Origin: a virus
IMG/VR virus record: IMGVR_UViG_3300015263_000371
Strand: one strand, 5' to 3'
Length of the DNA: 39,308 nt
The notes below the pieces were generated by a model that ran no database searches, was not told the DNA's origin, and worked only from the letters and a program-made list of their open reading frames with translations. Shown in pieces: positions 37,551-39,308 of this stretch. Position numbers and translations under genes: made by a program. Position 1 is the first letter of the stretch, and every line of letters begins with the position of its first letter.

Positions 37551-38105
37551 GTGGTCGCCGTCACAAGACTCGGGTTCGACGGCTATGGCGTAAGACGCGC
37601 CGGCAGTTTTTCTGCAAAGGCTGGCGAGACTCACCCGGTAGGGATAATAACTAGACTTTCTCTGGATGGTTACGGCGCAAGACGCGCCGGGACTTTCTCT
37701 GGAAAGACACCGGAAGCAACCGGACCTGTTATCGGTGTAACCGGCGGCGATAGAATCTCCGGCGGCTATTTCAGCCGGAAACGCTGGCATGAAATAATAG
37801 GCGCACACCGCGCCGCGCTACGGGCTGCGGAAGTTACACGCTCAAAGAAAAAGAAGGCCGCATTAGAAAAAGCGGCGCAATTAGCGAAACGCGCGCTCGA
37901 TTTGGCGGAACACGCGGAAGTCAGCGCATTAAAGACAGATATTGAAAATCTGGCGTTGAACCTTGATGCCGCAAGCTCTGCGGTCAGGGTTGCCGATTCT
38001 TTGAAGCGGGCGAAATTCGCGCAGGAAATCGCCCGTGAATTGATTGCCGCCATTGAACGATTTGAAGATGAGGAAGAAGCCATCGCGCTTCTATTGATGA
38101 ACTAA
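37551..38105 (+). CDS. Repeat plus coiled-coil protein (184 aa, GTG start)
   Basis: Two 29-aa tandem repeats (TRLGFDGYGVRRAGSFSAK and TRLSLDGYGARRAGTFSGK) are followed by a K/A/E-rich coiled coil. Confidence 0.55.
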   Translation: MVAVTRLGFDGYGVRRAGSFSAKAGETHPVGIITRLSLDGYGARRAGTFSGKTPEATGPVIGVTGGDRISGGYFSRKRWHEIIGAHRAALRAAEVTRSKKKKAALEKAAQLAKRALDLAEHAEVSALKTDIENLALNLDAASSAVRVADSLKRAKFAQEIARELIAAIERFEDEEEAIALLLMN

Positions 38106-38686
38106 TGAATGACAAAGTGACGATTTCGGACGGCGCCAGCGCAACAGTCATTCGCGGGGCCGGGGTGAAAGATATTGCTCCGCTTAAAGGCGTTTACACG
38201 GCGGAATGTATCGGGGCGGATGGAAAAGTTAAATGGTCGGACAAGATCATCAACACGGTCGCGACGGTTGGTAAAAATCTCGCGCTCGACACGATCCTTG
38301 CGGGCTCCGCTTACACGGTTGTCGGTCCCTATATGGGGTTGATTTCAAGCGTGTCCTATACGGGGATTGCCGCTGCCGACACCATGACAAGTCATTCCGG
38401 GTGGACGGAGGCCGGTAGCGCGAATGCTCCAACTTATACAAGCCCGCGAAAAACCTGCGCTTGGTCGGCGGCCTCTGGTGGTTCAAAGTCTCTTTCGGCC
38501 TCCCTTTCGTTCGCGATTACGGGAACGGGTACGCTGAAAGGCGCGTTCATCGTGTATGGAACCGGCGCACTAAGCACGATTGATAATACGGCGGGCACAT
38601 TGCTATCCGCCGGTCTATTCGCGGAAGGAGACAAAACGGTAGCAGCATCCGACACGGTGAATGTTAGTTACACCCTGGCGATGTAA
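38105..38686 (+). CDS. Hypothetical beta-rich virion protein (193 aa)
   Basis: TAATG overlaps on both sides. Confidence 0.55.
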   Translation: MNDKVTISDGASATVIRGAGVKDIAPLKGVYTAECIGADGKVKWSDKIINTVATVGKNLALDTILAGSAYTVVGPYMGLISSVSYTGIAAADTMTSHSGWTEAGSANAPTYTSPRKTCAWSAASGGSKSLSASLSFAITGTGTLKGAFIVYGTGALSTIDNTAGTLLSAGLFAEGDKTVAASDTVNVSYTLAM

Positions 38687-39308
38687 TGGCCACATATTAT
38701 TGGGTCGGTGGGACTGGTACTTGGGACAATTCCAGTACCGCCAACTGGTCAACGACTTCGGGGGGATCGTCTGGGGCCGGTCCGCCGACTTCAACTGACG
38801 ACGTTGTATTCGACGCCAACTCAAACTTAACGGCTGGGATAAAAACCTGCACTCTAGGCACCGGCGCGACTTGTAATAATTATTCTAACTCCACTGGCGT
38901 TTCAAGTCAGGTAATGCAACTTAGCGGCACGGTAGCCGCGTACGGGAATTGGACTTCAACTAATGCCGGCCATTGGACGGTCCCAGGCGCAACCAACACA
39001 CTTAATTATTCTCCGACTACCAGTGTTACCCTTTCTGAAAGCAACCCGCCACAGAATCTTAATCTAAGCGGGAGCGGTACTGTAACGCTTGGGGTAGCGA
39101 TAAATTATGCTTCGGTAAGCATTGTACATACCGCAGGAACTTTCGATACCGGCGGGTATGCTGTAACTGCGTCAAGTTTCGCGTCAACCGGAACAACGAC
39201 CAGAACTATAAATCTAAACGCTTCTACACTTACTTTGAGGGCCGCCAACTTCTGGACAATCAGCGGCACCAATGCAACATTAAACGCAGGTACTTCCACA
39301 ATTATAGG
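38686..39308 (+). CDS. Tail fibre / adhesin-like protein, N-terminal part (continues across the junction to 1357)
   Basis: ATG 38686 forms a TAATG overlap with the upstream gene. The N-terminus is MATYYWVGGTGTWDNSSTANWSTTSGG...VVFDANSN. There is no stop before the window end, and the ORF is absent from the track for that reason. Confidence 0.7.
   Translation, partial: MATYYWVGGTGTWDNSSTANWSTTSGGSSGAGPPTSTDDVVFDANSNLTAGIKTCTLGTGATCNNYSNSTGVSSQVMQLSGTVAAYGNWTSTNAGHWTVPGATNTLNYSPTTSVTLSESNPPQNLNLSGSGTVTLGVAINYASVSIVHTAGTFDTGGYAVTASSFASTGTTTRTINLNASTLTLRAANFWTISGTNATLNAGTSTII
39165..39308. repeat. Terminal overlap copy 2, identical to 1-144
   Basis: Read directly. Confidence 0.9.

Noticed and set aside
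1357-38686. Invertase-controlled tail-fibre switching (Gin/Cin-like)
   Set aside because: There are no oppositely oriented alternative fibre C-termini and no inverted repeats around the fibre genes that I could see. The recombinase gene is about 17 kb from the fibre block.

Overview
The window is a complete, circularly closed temperate phage genome. Positions 1-144 are identical to 39165-39308, which gives a unit length of 39164 bp. The largest fibre/adhesin ORF (ATG 38686) runs across this junction and ends at 1357. Gene content looks like a P22-like podovirus; an alphaproteobacterial host is only a weak guess.

Gene layout:
- Late operon (+): about 26 kb, from the terS-like gene at 29038 through the junction to 16242. 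Order is terS-like, lipoprotein, TerL, a 409-aa conserved protein, P22-type portal, a seven-gene fibre/adhesin block, scaffold, major capsid, adaptor/tail proteins, Q/N/P-rich internal virion proteins, two peptidoglycan hydrolases, small membrane (lysis) proteins, and a terminal accessory group (DEDDy exonuclease plus a mini HExxH protein).
- Accessory operon (-): five genes at 16252-18094, driven by a near-consensus sigma70 promoter. It includes a Gly-Tyr dipeptide-array protein.
- Small serine recombinase (+), 18204-18821, with a hix/res-like palindrome in its divergent promoter region.
- Early-left operon (-), 24161 down to 19241: secreted CHAP-like protein, mini-SSB with a DDEIPF tail, HNH-like protein, NPPY methyltransferase, Xis-like HTH, tyrosine integrase. 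A candidate attP lies next to int.
- Immunity region: an XRE/CI-like repressor (24532-24843, -).
- Early-right operon (+), 25016-28407: DnaA domain-IV-like protein, RusA, DUF1376, RHH and others.
- A reverse-oriented small acidic protein plus HTH pair at 28404-28813.

Genes are tightly packed, and many neighbours share ATGA or TAATG stop/start overlaps.

Most interesting leads:
- the Gly-Tyr array protein and its promoter-driven accessory cassette;
- the acr-aca-like (or toxin-antitoxin-like) pair;
- the 409-aa protein between TerL and portal, which has an H-Y-E ADP-ribosyltransferase-like motif set;
- the serine recombinase, which has a single recombination-like site and no visible invertible segment.

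Limits: all family assignments come from motif recognition by eye, because no database search could be run. Repeat and partner-site searches were manual and not exhaustive. No tRNA, rRNA or CRISPR array was recognised.
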